Assembly (NCBI GenBank): GCA_963801605.1
Contig: CAWDFP010000006.1
Coordinates: 1,855,959 to 1,919,958, forward strand
Direction of reading: 5' to 3'
Source of the DNA: an uncultured candidate division Zixibacteria bacterium
GTDB taxonomy: Bacteria > Zixibacteria > MSB-5A5 > UBA10806
Length of the DNA: 64,000 bases
Shown: positions 10,339-21,115 of the stretch, piece after piece
Layout: each line of letters starts with the position of its first letter
Position numbering within the stretch: the first letter of the stretch is position 1
Made by a program: the position numbers and the translations under genes
Notes under the pieces: model-generated
Told to the model about the DNA's origin: nothing
Databases searched by the model: none
The model's input: the letters and a program-made list of their open reading frames with translations, nothing else

Positions 10339-10939
10339 AGCCTGCTGGCTAATCTTACGTTTTTATCTTCGGATATTCTGTAAGCTCAAAATCGAGGGTG
10401 TTCAAAATGTCCCTCTCACTGGCGGCGTCATAGTTGCATCCAATCATATCGGGGGGGCCGATCCGCCGTTTGTTGGGACCTGTATCAAGCGCGAGTTTTA
10501 TTATCTCGCCAAAAAAGAGCTTTTTAAGAATTTCTTTATGCGAACCTTGGTTTCAAATTTGAACTCCATTCCGGTTAATAGAAGCATACTGGATCAAAAG
10601 GCTCTGCAAACCGCTGAAACTGTCTTGCGCCAGGGGAACGGCCTTATCGTTTTTCCGGAAGGAACAAGAAGCCGATCCGGAGAGCTTAGGAAAGGCAAGC
10701 CCGGTGTCGGTCTTCTGGCCAGAAAAACAAACGTACCAATCATACCTGCATATATTGAAAATTCGCGCGGATTTATGACTCTTATCTTTAAGAGCAAAGG
10801 AATTATAGTCAGATTTGGCGAACCATTAAGCGCCGAATGGGTAGCGGCGTTCCCCGATACCAAAGAAGGCTACCGCGCGATAACCGAAGAGCTAATGGCC
10901 CGGATCAGGCAATTAGGGGAGGCTAAGGCCGGAATCTAA
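10322..10939 (+). CDS. plsC: 1-acyl-sn-glycerol-3-phosphate acyltransferase
   Basis: SNHIGGAD (NHX4D) and VFPEGTRS motifs. Confidence 0.9.
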   Translation: MKPLYKACWLILRFYLRIFCKLKIEGVQNVPLTGGVIVASNHIGGADPPFVGTCIKREFYYLAKKELFKNFFMRTLVSNLNSIPVNRSILDQKALQTAETVLRQGNGLIVFPEGTRSRSGELRKGKPGVGLLARKTNVPIIPAYIENSRGFMTLIFKSKGIIVRFGEPLSAEWVAAFPDTKEGYRAITEELMARIRQLGEAKAGI

Positions 10940-11093
10940 CAGGTTTTAGATATTTTAAGAGACTACATGGGCCACGAAAAATCGTTTGCATAATCATCTT
11001 TTATTTTTATATTGGTTTTCTGATATCTCTCGCCCAACACCTGGGACGGGGGACCCCTTTGGGGGAATGATCATTTGAGGAGGACTTATACTA

Positions 11094-13111
11094 ATGCCAG
11101 AAAAAAAATCTGACGGCATGAAAGAACCGAACAAAAAGTTCAAGGCAGGAGGTGGTGCCAAGAGTAAGACCGCGAGAGCCAAGGCCGAATCGCGAAAGAT
11201 GGCAACCGCAAAGAAAGCTCATGCGGGAGTCACCGATTCGCACGAGGTCGAAACTGCTTTAAGGAAAACACGCACCAAAACCGCACGAGAGAAAACCAGG
11301 CGCGTTGACCTGGAACCGGTGCTCAGCGCCGAGGATATCGAAACTCAGGAGTATTCACCTGATGAGTTTCAGCAGATGCTTTCGATGTATGAAGGCACTC
11401 TGCAGGATATTAAAGAAGGCGAAGTTGTCAACGGCACCGTGCTGGGAGTAACCCGCGATGACATCATTGTGGATGTCGGATTTAAATCCGAGGGTATCAT
11501 TCCTATCAACGAGTTTACCGAACCGATCAATATCAAGGTCGGGGATAAGATTCAGGTTTATCTCGATGCTATCGAAGATAGCGACGGGCAACTCGTTCTC
11601 TCGAAGCAAAAAGCCGATTTCATGCGGGTTTGGGATAATATAAAAGATTGTCACGATTCCGGTCAGACTGTTCAGGGCAGGATCGTCAGGCGTATCAAGG
11701 GTGGCATGGTGGTGGATCTGTTCGGAGTTGAGGCCTTTCTGCCCGGCTCTCAGATTGCCTTACGCCAGGTGCCCGATTTCGACGCTCTGCTCAGCCAGAT
11801 GATGGATCTTAAAATCATCAAGCTCAACAAGAGCCGCCGCAATATCGTAGTATCTCGCCGCGTGGTGCTTGAGGAAGAGCGCGAAAAGATGCGCGATACA
11901 TTGCTTAAGGAAATCCAACCCGGTCAGGTTAAGGCTGGAATCATCAAAAATATCACCGATTTTGGCGTCTTCATCGATCTGGGCGGTGTCGACGGTCTTC
12001 TGCATATCACCGATATGTCCTGGGGACGTGTCAACCATCCATCGGAATTAGTGCATCTTGGTCAGGAAATCAAAGTCAAGATTCTCGATTTCGATAAAAA
12101 CAGCAACAGGATTTCTCTCGGACTCAAGCAGCTTACTCCCTATCCCTGGGAGAATGTTGAGGAAAGATATCCTATCGGTAATAAAGTCAAAGGTAGAGTG
12201 GTCTCTATAACCGATTACGGCGCTTTCGTGGAGTTGGAAAAGGGTATCGAGGGGCTAATTCATATCTCCGAGATGTCCTGGACTCAGCACATCAAGCATC
12301 CCTCGAAAATCCTGACTCCTCATCAGGAGATCGAAGCCGTGGTTCTTTCCGTTGATAAAGAAAACGAAAAGATATCGCTTGGCCTCAAACAGCTTGAGGA
12401 TGATCCCTGGTTGACGCTCGACTATAAATACCCGATTGGTACCAAGGTTACCGGCAAGGTCCGCAACCTGACCACTTTCGGAGCTTTCGTTGAGATTGAG
12501 GATGGTATCGATGGCCTGGTTCATATCTCTGATATGTCCTGGACCCGTCGAATCCAGCATCCTTCGGAAGTTATGAAACGCGGTGACGTGGTTGATGTTG
12601 TAATTCTGGGAATCGATAAAGAAAACCGCAGAATCTCTCTCGGCCACAAACAAGTCCTATCCGATCCCTGGCCTGATTTGCAGCTTGCAATATGCCGTTA
12701 ATACCGAGACGATGGGCACAATCGCCCGGCTGCTCGATCGCGGCGTAATCGTCAACCTTCCGGGAGAAGTTGAAGGATTTGTACCGACATATCATCTTAA
12801 CAAACCAGATATTTCGCGGCCGTCAGACGCGTTTGCCGAAGGCGAGGAATTACCGCTTCAGGGTAATCGAGTTTGACTCCCATAACCGTCGCATCGTTCT
12901 TTCTGTGAATGCCTACTTTGCAGGCAAAGAGCAGAAAGATGTCGAGGAGTATCTGGCCAAGCATCCGACCAAGGTTGTTCCCGTTACCGAAATAGTTGAC
13001 GCACCGGAATCAACCGAAACACCTTCCAGCGAAAAGCCTGTCGAGGAACAGCCGGAAGTATCGGAAGCACCGGAGGCTGAGAACAGTAACCCAGCTTCTG
13101 ACGCCAATTAA
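11094..13111 (+). CDS. rpsA: 30S ribosomal protein S1 (two +1 frameshifts near 12684 and 12860, probably sequencing errors)
   Basis: Repeated S1 domains (VDVGFKSEG, DFGVFIDLGGVDGLLHITDMSW, RISLGLKQL). The last domain continues through ORFs 12685-12876 and 12770-13111. GAGGAGG RBS. Confidence 0.95.
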
Positions 13112-13135
13112 GTCGTAGAGGAGTTTATTATTTGG

Positions 13136-13164
13136 TGTAGGGGCGTATGCAATGCGCCCCTACA
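13136..13164. repeat. GTAG-type REP-like palindrome
   Basis: TGTAGGGGCG-TATGCAATG-CGCCCCTACA, perfect 10-bp arms starting with GTAG. Confidence 0.7.
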
Positions 13165-13224
13165 TTTTAATTTAAACGATACGGTCGACAGTATATATGA
13201 CTACTATCTATAACAGGTCTCGAT

Positions 13225-13250
13225 GCTCCCTTGGAAAAGGGGGCTTTTTT
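13225..13250 (+). terminator. Rho-independent terminator after rpsA
   Basis: GCTCCCTT-GGAA-AAGGGGGC followed by TTTTTT. Confidence 0.65.
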
Positions 13251-13251
13251 A

Positions 13252-13281
13252 TTGACAGTAAGAGCCTTAAGACGGTAAATT
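13252..13281 (+). promoter_or_regulatory. Putative sigma70 promoter for the LPS operon
   Basis: TTGACA (13252-13257), 18 nt, TAAATT (13276-13281); ATG follows 5 nt later. Confidence 0.45.
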
Positions 13282-13286
13282 AAAGT

Positions 13287-14315
13287 ATGCCTCCAAAAGC
13301 CTCCAAAATGGCAATTCCGATTTTCCTAAGCGCCATCGGATCTCGACGCAACCAGCCGGATGGCTGTTTTTCCGGCGAACGCGGGCATAAGGTGCTGTTG
13401 GTAAAACAAGCTGAACGATTGGGCAATATTATTCTCATGAATTCGGCGATATCGGCTTTGGGATCGAAATATCCTAATCTAAAAATTGATCTGATGTTAC
13501 CCGCCCCTTATGCGGAAATCATGACTGCTAATTCGCATATTAATGCTATTATTCCGGTGCAGAAAAAAGAATACTTTACTCGTCCCTGGAAGCTGGTCCG
13601 ACTCGTAAGAAGCCTTCGCAGTGCCAAATACGATCTGGCCATCGACTGTTCCGATGTCAATTCGCACTCATCAAGCGGGGCAGCCTATGCATTATTATCC
13701 GGGGCGAAAGTTGTCGCCGGATGGAAATCGGCCAACCGCAGAATATTTGATATCGAAATTAAGCGCTATTCGGATATTGTACATGCGACCCAGATGTATT
13801 TGAGGCTTTTTTCGGGAGTATTCGGTGTAATGCTCGACGGCGATCCTTATTTTGATAAGATAATATCTGCTAATAAGGGAGATATAATTGGAATAAACTG
13901 CGGCGGCAGGGGGCCAAAACGCTGGCGGCTTGAAAAGTTTATCGAACTTGGAAAAGAATTGTCTGTGCGGGGAAACCCGGTCGATTTTATTTTAGGTCCG
14001 GAAGAAATCGCATTAAGAGCAGATTTGCAGCAAAATCTTCCAATGGGCTGTCGACTTTTGCCCCTTATGCCGCTTCCGGAACTTATGAAAACGATAAACT
14101 CATATAAAGTGTTCATCTCCTCCGATACCGGACCGATGCATCTGGCCTGGTGTCTCGGCGTCCCGACAATCGCCATCTTTATCGATTCTGAGCTTGAAAA
14201 GTTCAAACCGCTTTCGCCTGGCTCGGTGGCAATCGATATGAAAAACGGAATTGAGCCGAAGGAGATTGCGGAGCTTGTTGCTCGGATTCCAAAGATGGGA
14301 AAGGTATCGGCATGA
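13287..14315 (+). CDS. Glycosyltransferase family 9 (heptosyltransferase-like)
   Basis: ERLGNIIL, YDLAID, KRWRLEKF, FISSDTGPMHLAWCLGVPTIAIF. Confidence 0.9.
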   Translation: MPPKASKMAIPIFLSAIGSRRNQPDGCFSGERGHKVLLVKQAERLGNIILMNSAISALGSKYPNLKIDLMLPAPYAEIMTANSHINAIIPVQKKEYFTRPWKLVRLVRSLRSAKYDLAIDCSDVNSHSSSGAAYALLSGAKVVAGWKSANRRIFDIEIKRYSDIVHATQMYLRLFSGVFGVMLDGDPYFDKIISANKGDIIGINCGGRGPKRWRLEKFIELGKELSVRGNPVDFILGPEEIALRADLQQNLPMGCRLLPLMPLPELMKTINSYKVFISSDTGPMHLAWCLGVPTIAIFIDSELEKFKPLSPGSVAIDMKNGIEPKEIAELVARIPKMGKVSA

Positions 14316-16141
14316 AATTATATTGGCGGCTACTCAAATATTTAAAGCCGCATCTCAGGTATTATATTATCGCCATCATTTTTGGGACGTTTTTTGCCGC
14401 CATGAGCGGCGTTTCTCTGACCATGGTTGTACCCTTCACCAAATTAATTTTTGAACAGGATATCAGCTCTCCGCAGATTCAACAGCAGCCTATAGATTAC
14501 TCCAAGCTCCTGAAGCTCGATAAAGAGACATTTATCAGGGTAATCGGCGGTGATACGCGGATCGAAAGACTGGGACGGTTTTGTATCCTGCTTCTTATTG
14601 TATTTGTCATAAAGAATATTTTCTTCTATGGCTGGAGCTATTTGATAGTGCATGTGGAGCAGGGGGTAGTGCGAGATATGCGGGATGAGCTCTTCGAGCA
14701 TTACCAAAAACTGCCTCTGGAATTTTTCCACGGTCATCGTGCGGGCGAACTGATATCGCGTATCACCAACGATATTACCCTGGTTCGAGGCGCCGTGGCT
14801 AACGGGCTTTCTGATCTTTTAAAGAATCTGTTGTTATCGATTGTCTTTATCGTTCTGGTGTTTGTTGCCTCCTGGAAGATGGCGATTGCCACAATTCTCA
14901 TCATGCCGCCATCGGTAATCTTAATTAGCGTGTTCGGAAAAGCACTTCGTTCCAGTTCAGCTAAAACTCAGCGCGAGATGGCAGCTATTACTACGACTTT
15001 GCAGGAGACTGTTTCTGGAATCCGGGTGGTCAAAGCCTTCGCCATGGAGAAGTTCGAAATATCCCGCTTCAAGAAATTTACCGGCGATTATTTCAGGACT
15101 ATGGTGCGGTTAACTCGAATCGGATCGCTGGCTATTCCGCTGACCGAAATGCTGGGAGTGGCTGCCGGTACGGCTATCCTCTGGTACGGCGGCCGTCAAA
15201 TACTCATGGGGACAGGATTGACCCCCGATAGATTTTTCCTATTTTTAGTTTCAATGTTTTCCCTGATGCAGCCGGTCAAGGTTTTAAGCCGGGTTAATAT
15301 CGATATCCAGCAGGGGATGGCTGCAGGGGAGAGAATATTCCAGGTCCTTGATACCAAACCCAAAATCGTCGAGAAAGCGAATCCTGTGGTATTAACGGGA
15401 TTTAACGATTCGATAAAATTCGATCATGTTAATTTTCATTACCCGGAAGGCGAATTTAATCTGGAGGATATTTCTCTTGATGTCAAGAAGGGCCAGGTCA
15501 TTGCTCTGGCAGGTCCTTCCGGAGGCGGCAAATCGACTATTGTCGATCTCATCCCGCGCTTTTATGACCCTACCTCGGGGAGCGTGACGATAGATGGCAA
15601 TAATCTTCGAGACGTCGATTTAAGCTCGCTTAGAAATATGCTTGGTATCGTTACCCAGGAGACCATCCTTTTCAACGATACGGTTTATAACAATGTCGCT
15701 TACGGGCAGGCGGAGATCGGGCGCGAGGCTGTCGAGCGCGCTTTGGATGCCGCTTGCGCTCTCGATTTTGTAAATGCCATGCCTGAGGGACTGGATACAA
15801 TTATCGGTGACCGCGGAGTTAAGCTTTCAGGCGGGCAGCGTCAACGCCTGGCTATTGCCAGGGCGCTCTTAAAAGACCCGCCAATTCTGATATTCGATGA
15901 GGCTACGTCGGCGCTCGATACGGAATCCGAGCAGCTTATCACTCAGGCTATTTCCAATCTGTTAAGCGGCAGGACTGTGGTAATCATTGCTCATCGTCTA
16001 TCAACTATCAGACGGGCGGATTTAATTCTCGTAGTCGAAAACGGCCGCATAGTCCAAACCGGCGACCATAACGATCTCATCACCGAAGGCGGCCTCTACA
16101 AAAAACTCTATGATCTGCAATTTCAGGATTCAGTGGTATGA
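14312..16141 (+). CDS. msbA: Lipid A export ABC transporter ATP-binding/permease (MsbA-like)
   Basis: TM domain plus GPSGGGKST, LSGGQRQRLAIARA, DEATSALD; lies inside an LPS operon. Confidence 0.85.
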   Translation: MKLYWRLLKYLKPHLRYYIIAIIFGTFFAAMSGVSLTMVVPFTKLIFEQDISSPQIQQQPIDYSKLLKLDKETFIRVIGGDTRIERLGRFCILLLIVFVIKNIFFYGWSYLIVHVEQGVVRDMRDELFEHYQKLPLEFFHGHRAGELISRITNDITLVRGAVANGLSDLLKNLLLSIVFIVLVFVASWKMAIATILIMPPSVILISVFGKALRSSSAKTQREMAAITTTLQETVSGIRVVKAFAMEKFEISRFKKFTGDYFRTMVRLTRIGSLAIPLTEMLGVAAGTAILWYGGRQILMGTGLTPDRFFLFLVSMFSLMQPVKVLSRVNIDIQQGMAAGERIFQVLDTKPKIVEKANPVVLTGFNDSIKFDHVNFHYPEGEFNLEDISLDVKKGQVIALAGPSGGGKSTIVDLIPRFYDPTSGSVTIDGNNLRDVDLSSLRNMLGIVTQETILFNDTVYNNVAYGQAEIGREAVERALDAACALDFVNAMPEGLDTIIGDRGVKLSGGQRQRLAIARALLKDPPILIFDEATSALDTESEQLITQAISNLLSGRTVVIIAHRLSTIRRADLILVVENGRIVQTGDHNDLITEGGLYKKLYDLQFQDSVV

Positions 16142-17169
16142 CCGCGCCTCAAAGAGCCTTGTTCATACAGCTTCGCAGGATCGGCGATGTCCTGATGTGC
16201 ACACCATCGATCAGGGCATTTAAGAATCATTATCCCGATTGCAGGCTCGATTTTCTCACCGAAATTTCCGATGTGTTGCAGGGCAATCCCTATTTGGATT
16301 CCGTATTGAATGTTGATCGTTCTAAAGAGTTCAATTTTGGATATCAATATAACCTGATTAGAAAAATCAAATCCAATCGGTATGATTTGGTTGTAGATTT
16401 TTTGGTCAATCCTCGAAGCGCCTATTATTCTTTCTTAAGCCGGGCTGCGACCAGGCTCAGTTATGGCACCAGGCACAGACGCTGGGCTTATAATATGATA
16501 CCTCAAAAACCCGTAGGATCAGTCTACGCCGCGGAGGATAGACTTCATTTGGTAAGCTCGCTCGGCGTACCACCCGATGGATTGGAATTAAACTTCTATC
16601 CGTCTGAACATGACAGAGTAGAAGCACAAAGGATATTATTAAATATAAAAGAACCGATTATAACAATTTCCCCGGTTTCCCGAAAATTATACAGACAATG
16701 GCCGCTTGAAAAATATGCGGAGTTGTCCGATTTAATGTGCCTTAAATTCGGCGCCTCAGTCCTGGTATTGGCCGGACCCGGAGAACAGGATTATGCCCGC
16801 GGAGTAGCCGCCAAATCATCATCCAATGTTCAAGCGTTGAATATTGACGGGTTGGGGATTCTGGGAGCAATATTCGAGAAGGCGAGCCTGCATATCGGAA
16901 ATGATAACGGCCCGAAGCACATTGCGGTCGCTTGTGGCGCTCCAACTCTCACTATCTTTGGGCCGCATGATCCGGTTAGCTGGACTTATCCTGATCCGTC
17001 GCGACATAAATGGGTAGCCCCGGCTGGTTTGTGCGATGATTGCGGGCGAAAAAAGACTCGATGCCAGGGGGAATGCATTAAAGATATTTCGGTAGACTCG
17101 GTTTGGGAAAAAGCGCAAGCGATGATCGCGGCGCTCCCCGGCTTTGTATCGAGCATCAAGAAAATATGA
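16138..17169 (+). CDS. Glycosyltransferase family 9
   Basis: LRRIGDVLMCTP, RQWPLEKY, IGNDNGPKHIAVACGAPTLTIFGP. Confidence 0.9.
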   Translation: MTAPQRALFIQLRRIGDVLMCTPSIRAFKNHYPDCRLDFLTEISDVLQGNPYLDSVLNVDRSKEFNFGYQYNLIRKIKSNRYDLVVDFLVNPRSAYYSFLSRAATRLSYGTRHRRWAYNMIPQKPVGSVYAAEDRLHLVSSLGVPPDGLELNFYPSEHDRVEAQRILLNIKEPIITISPVSRKLYRQWPLEKYAELSDLMCLKFGASVLVLAGPGEQDYARGVAAKSSSNVQALNIDGLGILGAIFEKASLHIGNDNGPKHIAVACGAPTLTIFGPHDPVSWTYPDPSRHKWVAPAGLCDDCGRKKTRCQGECIKDISVDSVWEKAQAMIAALPGFVSSIKKI

Positions 17170-18269
17170 AAATTATCCAGATCATAGATTTACGCTGGTA
17201 CAATGCCTGCGCCGATTTTGCCATCAAGCAAGCTAAAGGGCTTGCCCTTATCGGTCATGACGTGCTTTTAATGGCAAATCCGGGTTCTCCTCCGGCGCTA
17301 AAAGCCAGGGAGGCAGGCCTTAATGTCAGTGAAGAGATCAATTTTGCAGGCGCCGGAAAAATCCTCAGCGCTCCGAAAAAGCTCCGGAAAATCGCTTCCC
17401 GATTTGGCGCCGATATAATCTTCGCTCACAGAGGAGAATCACATCTCATAAGCGCTCTGGCTGCCAGGGGAACGAAAATTCCGGTGGCGCGTTTTCGCGG
17501 AGATGTTCGTCCGCCCAAAGGCGGTTTATTTAGCCGCTATTTGAATACGCGTCTTACTGATGGCGTCGCTGTTTCAACCGAACGTCTTAAGCTCGAATAC
17601 GAGCGAAAGTTTGGAGTCAACAGCATACCGAGCAGGGTTATTTATCCGGCAATCGACCAGACTCCGTTTAAGATAAACAAATCAAAAGAGGATCTTAAAC
17701 GTCAATTCGGTATGAAGCCTGGCCCGCCAGTGGTGGGGATTGTGGGGCGTCTCTCGCCGGTAAAGGGGCATCGTTATTTTGTCGAGGCGGCCAAGCTGGT
17801 TTCGTTGAAATTTCCGCAGACACAATTCGTAATCGCCGGAGAGGATTCGCAAATCAAAGCGGCCGAGCTTCAGATTGCCGCGGCTGTTCTCAAAGTCCCT
17901 AATTTGCGCTTATTTGGACGTATCGATAATATCGAAGAGCTGATCGCCTCATTCGATATTGGTGTTGTTGCCTCTCTCGGATCGGAAATGATTTGCCGGG
18001 TGTTGTTGGAATACTTTGCCGCCGGAATACCGGCCGTAGGCACTTCGGTTAATCAGATTTCGGAGATAATGCTGCAATCAAACGGCGGAATTCTGGTGCC
18101 ATCGGCAGATTCTGTAGCGATGGGCAACGCCGTCATTGATCTTCTCTCGGATCAGAATAAAGGCGCTCGCCTGGCCGCTAATGGCGCCAAATGGGTCGCG
18201 GGACGGTCCTTGGAAGTCCTGGGACGCGAAAGCGAATCGTTTTTGTCAGAGGTCATAAATGCACAATAA
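17166..18269 (+). CDS. Glycosyltransferase family 4
   Basis: Start MKIIQ at 17166 (ATGA overlap); VGRLSPVKGH, SEMICRVLLEYFAAGIPAVGT. Confidence 0.88.
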   Translation: MKIIQIIDLRWYNACADFAIKQAKGLALIGHDVLLMANPGSPPALKAREAGLNVSEEINFAGAGKILSAPKKLRKIASRFGADIIFAHRGESHLISALAARGTKIPVARFRGDVRPPKGGLFSRYLNTRLTDGVAVSTERLKLEYERKFGVNSIPSRVIYPAIDQTPFKINKSKEDLKRQFGMKPGPPVVGIVGRLSPVKGHRYFVEAAKLVSLKFPQTQFVIAGEDSQIKAAELQIAAAVLKVPNLRLFGRIDNIEELIASFDIGVVASLGSEMICRVLLEYFAAGIPAVGTSVNQISEIMLQSNGGILVPSADSVAMGNAVIDLLSDQNKGARLAANGAKWVAGRSLEVLGRESESFLSEVINAQ

Positions 18270-19353
18270 GATACTGATTAATTCAGGTTTTTATCTTTTG
18301 CTGCTGTTTGCATTTTCAATCACAGTCTATCCGACGGCGGCATACGTGCTGGCGGGAGCGATCTTCCTGATTTGGGTTCTTGATTTACTGATTTTCAGGG
18401 AAACCGATATTAATGAATTGCCTTTATTTTATCCGATATTGAGTTTTGCGGCGGTGCTGTTAGCGGGCGGTATGGTGTCATTGATATACGGTCATATCTT
18501 TCCCTACGCTTACGTAGCGCTGCTTTCCTTTTTCTATTTCATTGTTCCCGGATTTGTCAGATCGGGTGAGCAACGACGAATGGTTCTCTGGACCTTTATC
18601 GCCGGAGCCATGCTGGTTACGGGTTTGCATCTGATTCTCTGGTGGGCGACATTTACCAATATTACGATGCGCCTGAAACCGCTTTCGACGCCATCGTTAT
18701 TCATGGTTACCATGGCGTTTTCATTTCTGTTGTCATTTTATGCAGAAAGCCGGTCGATCAGGGAAAAAGTGTTTTTGGCGATGGTCAGCATTCCGTTTGC
18801 CCTGGTTGTTATTCTTTCGGGTGATAAAACCGCCATGCTATTTATTCTGATCGTGATAATACTGATCGCCATTTTTCGCGACAGATCTATATTTATTCCA
18901 TTAGGATTGGCGATACTATTTATTCTCTCGGGTGCATTTGGAATCGATTATTATATCGAGCAGGATTTTATGCCGTCCACATTTAAAGAATTTATCATGC
19001 ATCCGATTGAACAAATCAAAAGCAGTCCTGAAACTGTTTTGGCGACATCTTTCTATGGAGAGGCCGCGTTGCCAAATGAGAGCTCCGCTGCGGCCGGCCA
19101 ATCGTTTTTCCTCGATTTAATAAGATTTGCCGGGCCTCCCGCAATTCTACTTTTATTCTGGGTGCTTTTCGAGAAGGCCAGGGAAGCCTATTTCAAACAT
19201 CGCAGAAGTGTTGAGCAACAACCGCGGGCCTATCATTTAATCTCGCTTTTGACTGTTATTGCCGCAGTTGTGATGAATTTCTATGGACCCGCCTTCGAAT
19301 ATCCGTCAATAATATTGGCCTCATGGCTTATTTGGGGGATGTCGCAAATATGA
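18259..19353 (+). CDS. Polytopic membrane protein, O-antigen ligase (WaaL)-like by context
   Basis: About 10 or more hydrophobic segments; embedded in the LPS operon. Catalytic motifs not clearly recognisable. Confidence 0.55.
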   Translation: MHNKILINSGFYLLLLFAFSITVYPTAAYVLAGAIFLIWVLDLLIFRETDINELPLFYPILSFAAVLLAGGMVSLIYGHIFPYAYVALLSFFYFIVPGFVRSGEQRRMVLWTFIAGAMLVTGLHLILWWATFTNITMRLKPLSTPSLFMVTMAFSFLLSFYAESRSIREKVFLAMVSIPFALVVILSGDKTAMLFILIVIILIAIFRDRSIFIPLGLAILFILSGAFGIDYYIEQDFMPSTFKEFIMHPIEQIKSSPETVLATSFYGEAALPNESSAAAGQSFFLDLIRFAGPPAILLLFWVLFEKAREAYFKHRRSVEQQPRAYHLISLLTVIAAVVMNFYGPAFEYPSIILASWLIWGMSQI

Positions 19354-20114
19354 GCACGCCAACCATCTCAGCGGTTATCATGGCCCGCAATGAAGAGGAA
19401 AATATTGTCGATGCCATCGAATCGCTCGGCTTTGCCTCTCAGATCGTGGTCGCAGATACCGGCAGCCATGATAAAACGATGGATTTGGCTCGCCAGGCGG
19501 GGGCGGAGGTTCATAGCATATTTTTCGATGGCTATGGGGCCAGTAAAAATAGGGCTATAGAGCACTGTACTGGCGACTGGGTATTTTCGCTCGATGCCGA
19601 CGAGAGGGTATCTCCGGAGCTGGCGGAAAGTATCTTGCGAGTAATTGAAAACGATCCCCGATATGACGGCTATAAGGTTTCACGTCTCACATATTTTCTG
19701 GGCAAACCGGTTCGCCATTCAGGCTGGTATCCTGAACATATATTGAGGCTATTCAAAAACGGTAAAGGAAGATTTTCGGAACGACTGGTGCATGAGAGCG
19801 TGCGTATCGAGGGCCAGGCAGGCAGGCTTGATGGGCTATTATATCATTACAGCTATAAAAATCTTGAAAGTTATCTCGAAAAATTAAATGTTTACTCCTC
19901 AATGAACGCTCAGGAATTGCATCGTTCCGGTAAATCAAGCCATTTGATCGATATCCTGTTTCATCCGCCCGCCACATTTCTGAAAATGTATGTTTTCCAT
20001 GCCGGTTTTCTCGATGGATTCGATGGTTTCCTATTGGCTGCCCTTTCGAGCTTTAACGTATTTTTGAAATATGTCAAACTTCGCGAACTTGTCCGCAAAG
20101 GTTCTGCTGAATGA
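19350..20114 (+). CDS. Glycosyltransferase family 2 (KdtX/WaaE-like LPS glucosyltransferase)
   Basis: ISAVIMARNEE, DTGSHDKT, WVFSLDADERVSPEL, GWYPE..LRLF, VHE. Confidence 0.9.
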   Translation: MSTPTISAVIMARNEEENIVDAIESLGFASQIVVADTGSHDKTMDLARQAGAEVHSIFFDGYGASKNRAIEHCTGDWVFSLDADERVSPELAESILRVIENDPRYDGYKVSRLTYFLGKPVRHSGWYPEHILRLFKNGKGRFSERLVHESVRIEGQAGRLDGLLYHYSYKNLESYLEKLNVYSSMNAQELHRSGKSSHLIDILFHPPATFLKMYVFHAGFLDGFDGFLLAALSSFNVFLKYVKLRELVRKGSAE

Positions 20115-21115
20115 ATCCGCGGAATATCGTCTTAATTCGTCCTGACCACCTGGGCGATCTCATCCTCTCGCTTCCGGTGGCGAGAATCCTGAAGGATAGG
20201 TTTCCTCAAAGTCAAATCACCTATCTGGCTGCTCCGGGACCGGGCGAAATTGCCCCGATGGTAAGCTATGTTGACGATTGGATTATCGATAAGGGCACAA
20301 ATGGCCGCCTGAGCGTGTCTGAATTAACCGGCATTTTTCGGAAAAGCAAGTTCGATACTCTGATTGAGCTAAAACCTGGCTGGAGAACGGCTGTGGCCGG
20401 TTTTCTTTCGCGGATTCCAAATCGCATAGGAACCGGACGCAGGTTTTATTCCCTTTTCTATAGCGAACGTGTTAATCTTCACCGCAGAGGCTCCGGCAAA
20501 CATCAAACCGATCTCGAACTGGCGATGCTTGCACCCTTGGGGATTGATATAGGCGGACTGTTTCCTGAATTAGTATTCCCTGAGAGTTTTCGAAACCTGA
20601 CCGCAACGCTTGTTGCTGAGAGTATAAACGAATATATTGTGATTCATCCTGGCTCAAGCGGCTCGGCTCCCAATTGGCCGGTGAGCAGTTACAGGGAATT
20701 GGCTCGTTTAATATTGCAGGAAGCTAAATTTAAGATTGTCATTACAGGTCTCGAGAAAAATTTGGATGATTTTAAGGGCTGCATCGACCTGTCCCGAAAA
20801 ACAACTCTCGCCGAATTGTCGTCGGTAATTGCCGGGGCTAAACTATTTATCTCCGGAAGCACCGGGCCATTGCATCTGGCCGATGCTCTTGGCGTAAAAT
20901 GCGTCTCATTTTTTGTAAATCGTCCTGAGATCGGCCCAACCAGATGGGGACCTCGGAGAAATATGCAATATGTAATATTACCGGATTCGAATAAATGTAG
21001 ATGCAAAAACTCGCGGCAATGTCATTGTTTGGAACAGATTACGCCACTAGATGCGTTTAATAAGGTTAAGATGGTCTTGGATAATTTGGTCGGCGGGAAG
21101 GCGATTCTATCATGA
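20111..21115 (+). CDS. Glycosyltransferase family 9
   Basis: RPDHLGDLILSLP, IHPGSSGSAPNWP, FISGSTGPLHLADALG. Confidence 0.9.
   Translation: MNPRNIVLIRPDHLGDLILSLPVARILKDRFPQSQITYLAAPGPGEIAPMVSYVDDWIIDKGTNGRLSVSELTGIFRKSKFDTLIELKPGWRTAVAGFLSRIPNRIGTGRRFYSLFYSERVNLHRRGSGKHQTDLELAMLAPLGIDIGGLFPELVFPESFRNLTATLVAESINEYIVIHPGSSGSAPNWPVSSYRELARLILQEAKFKIVITGLEKNLDDFKGCIDLSRKTTLAELSSVIAGAKLFISGSTGPLHLADALGVKCVSFFVNRPEIGPTRWGPRRNMQYVILPDSNKCRCKNSRQCHCLEQITPLDAFNKVKMVLDNLVGGKAILS

Noticed and set aside
12680..12865. Programmed frameshifting in rpsA (and rel)
   Set aside because: No slippery sequences, and the same one-base insertions affect many unrelated genes.
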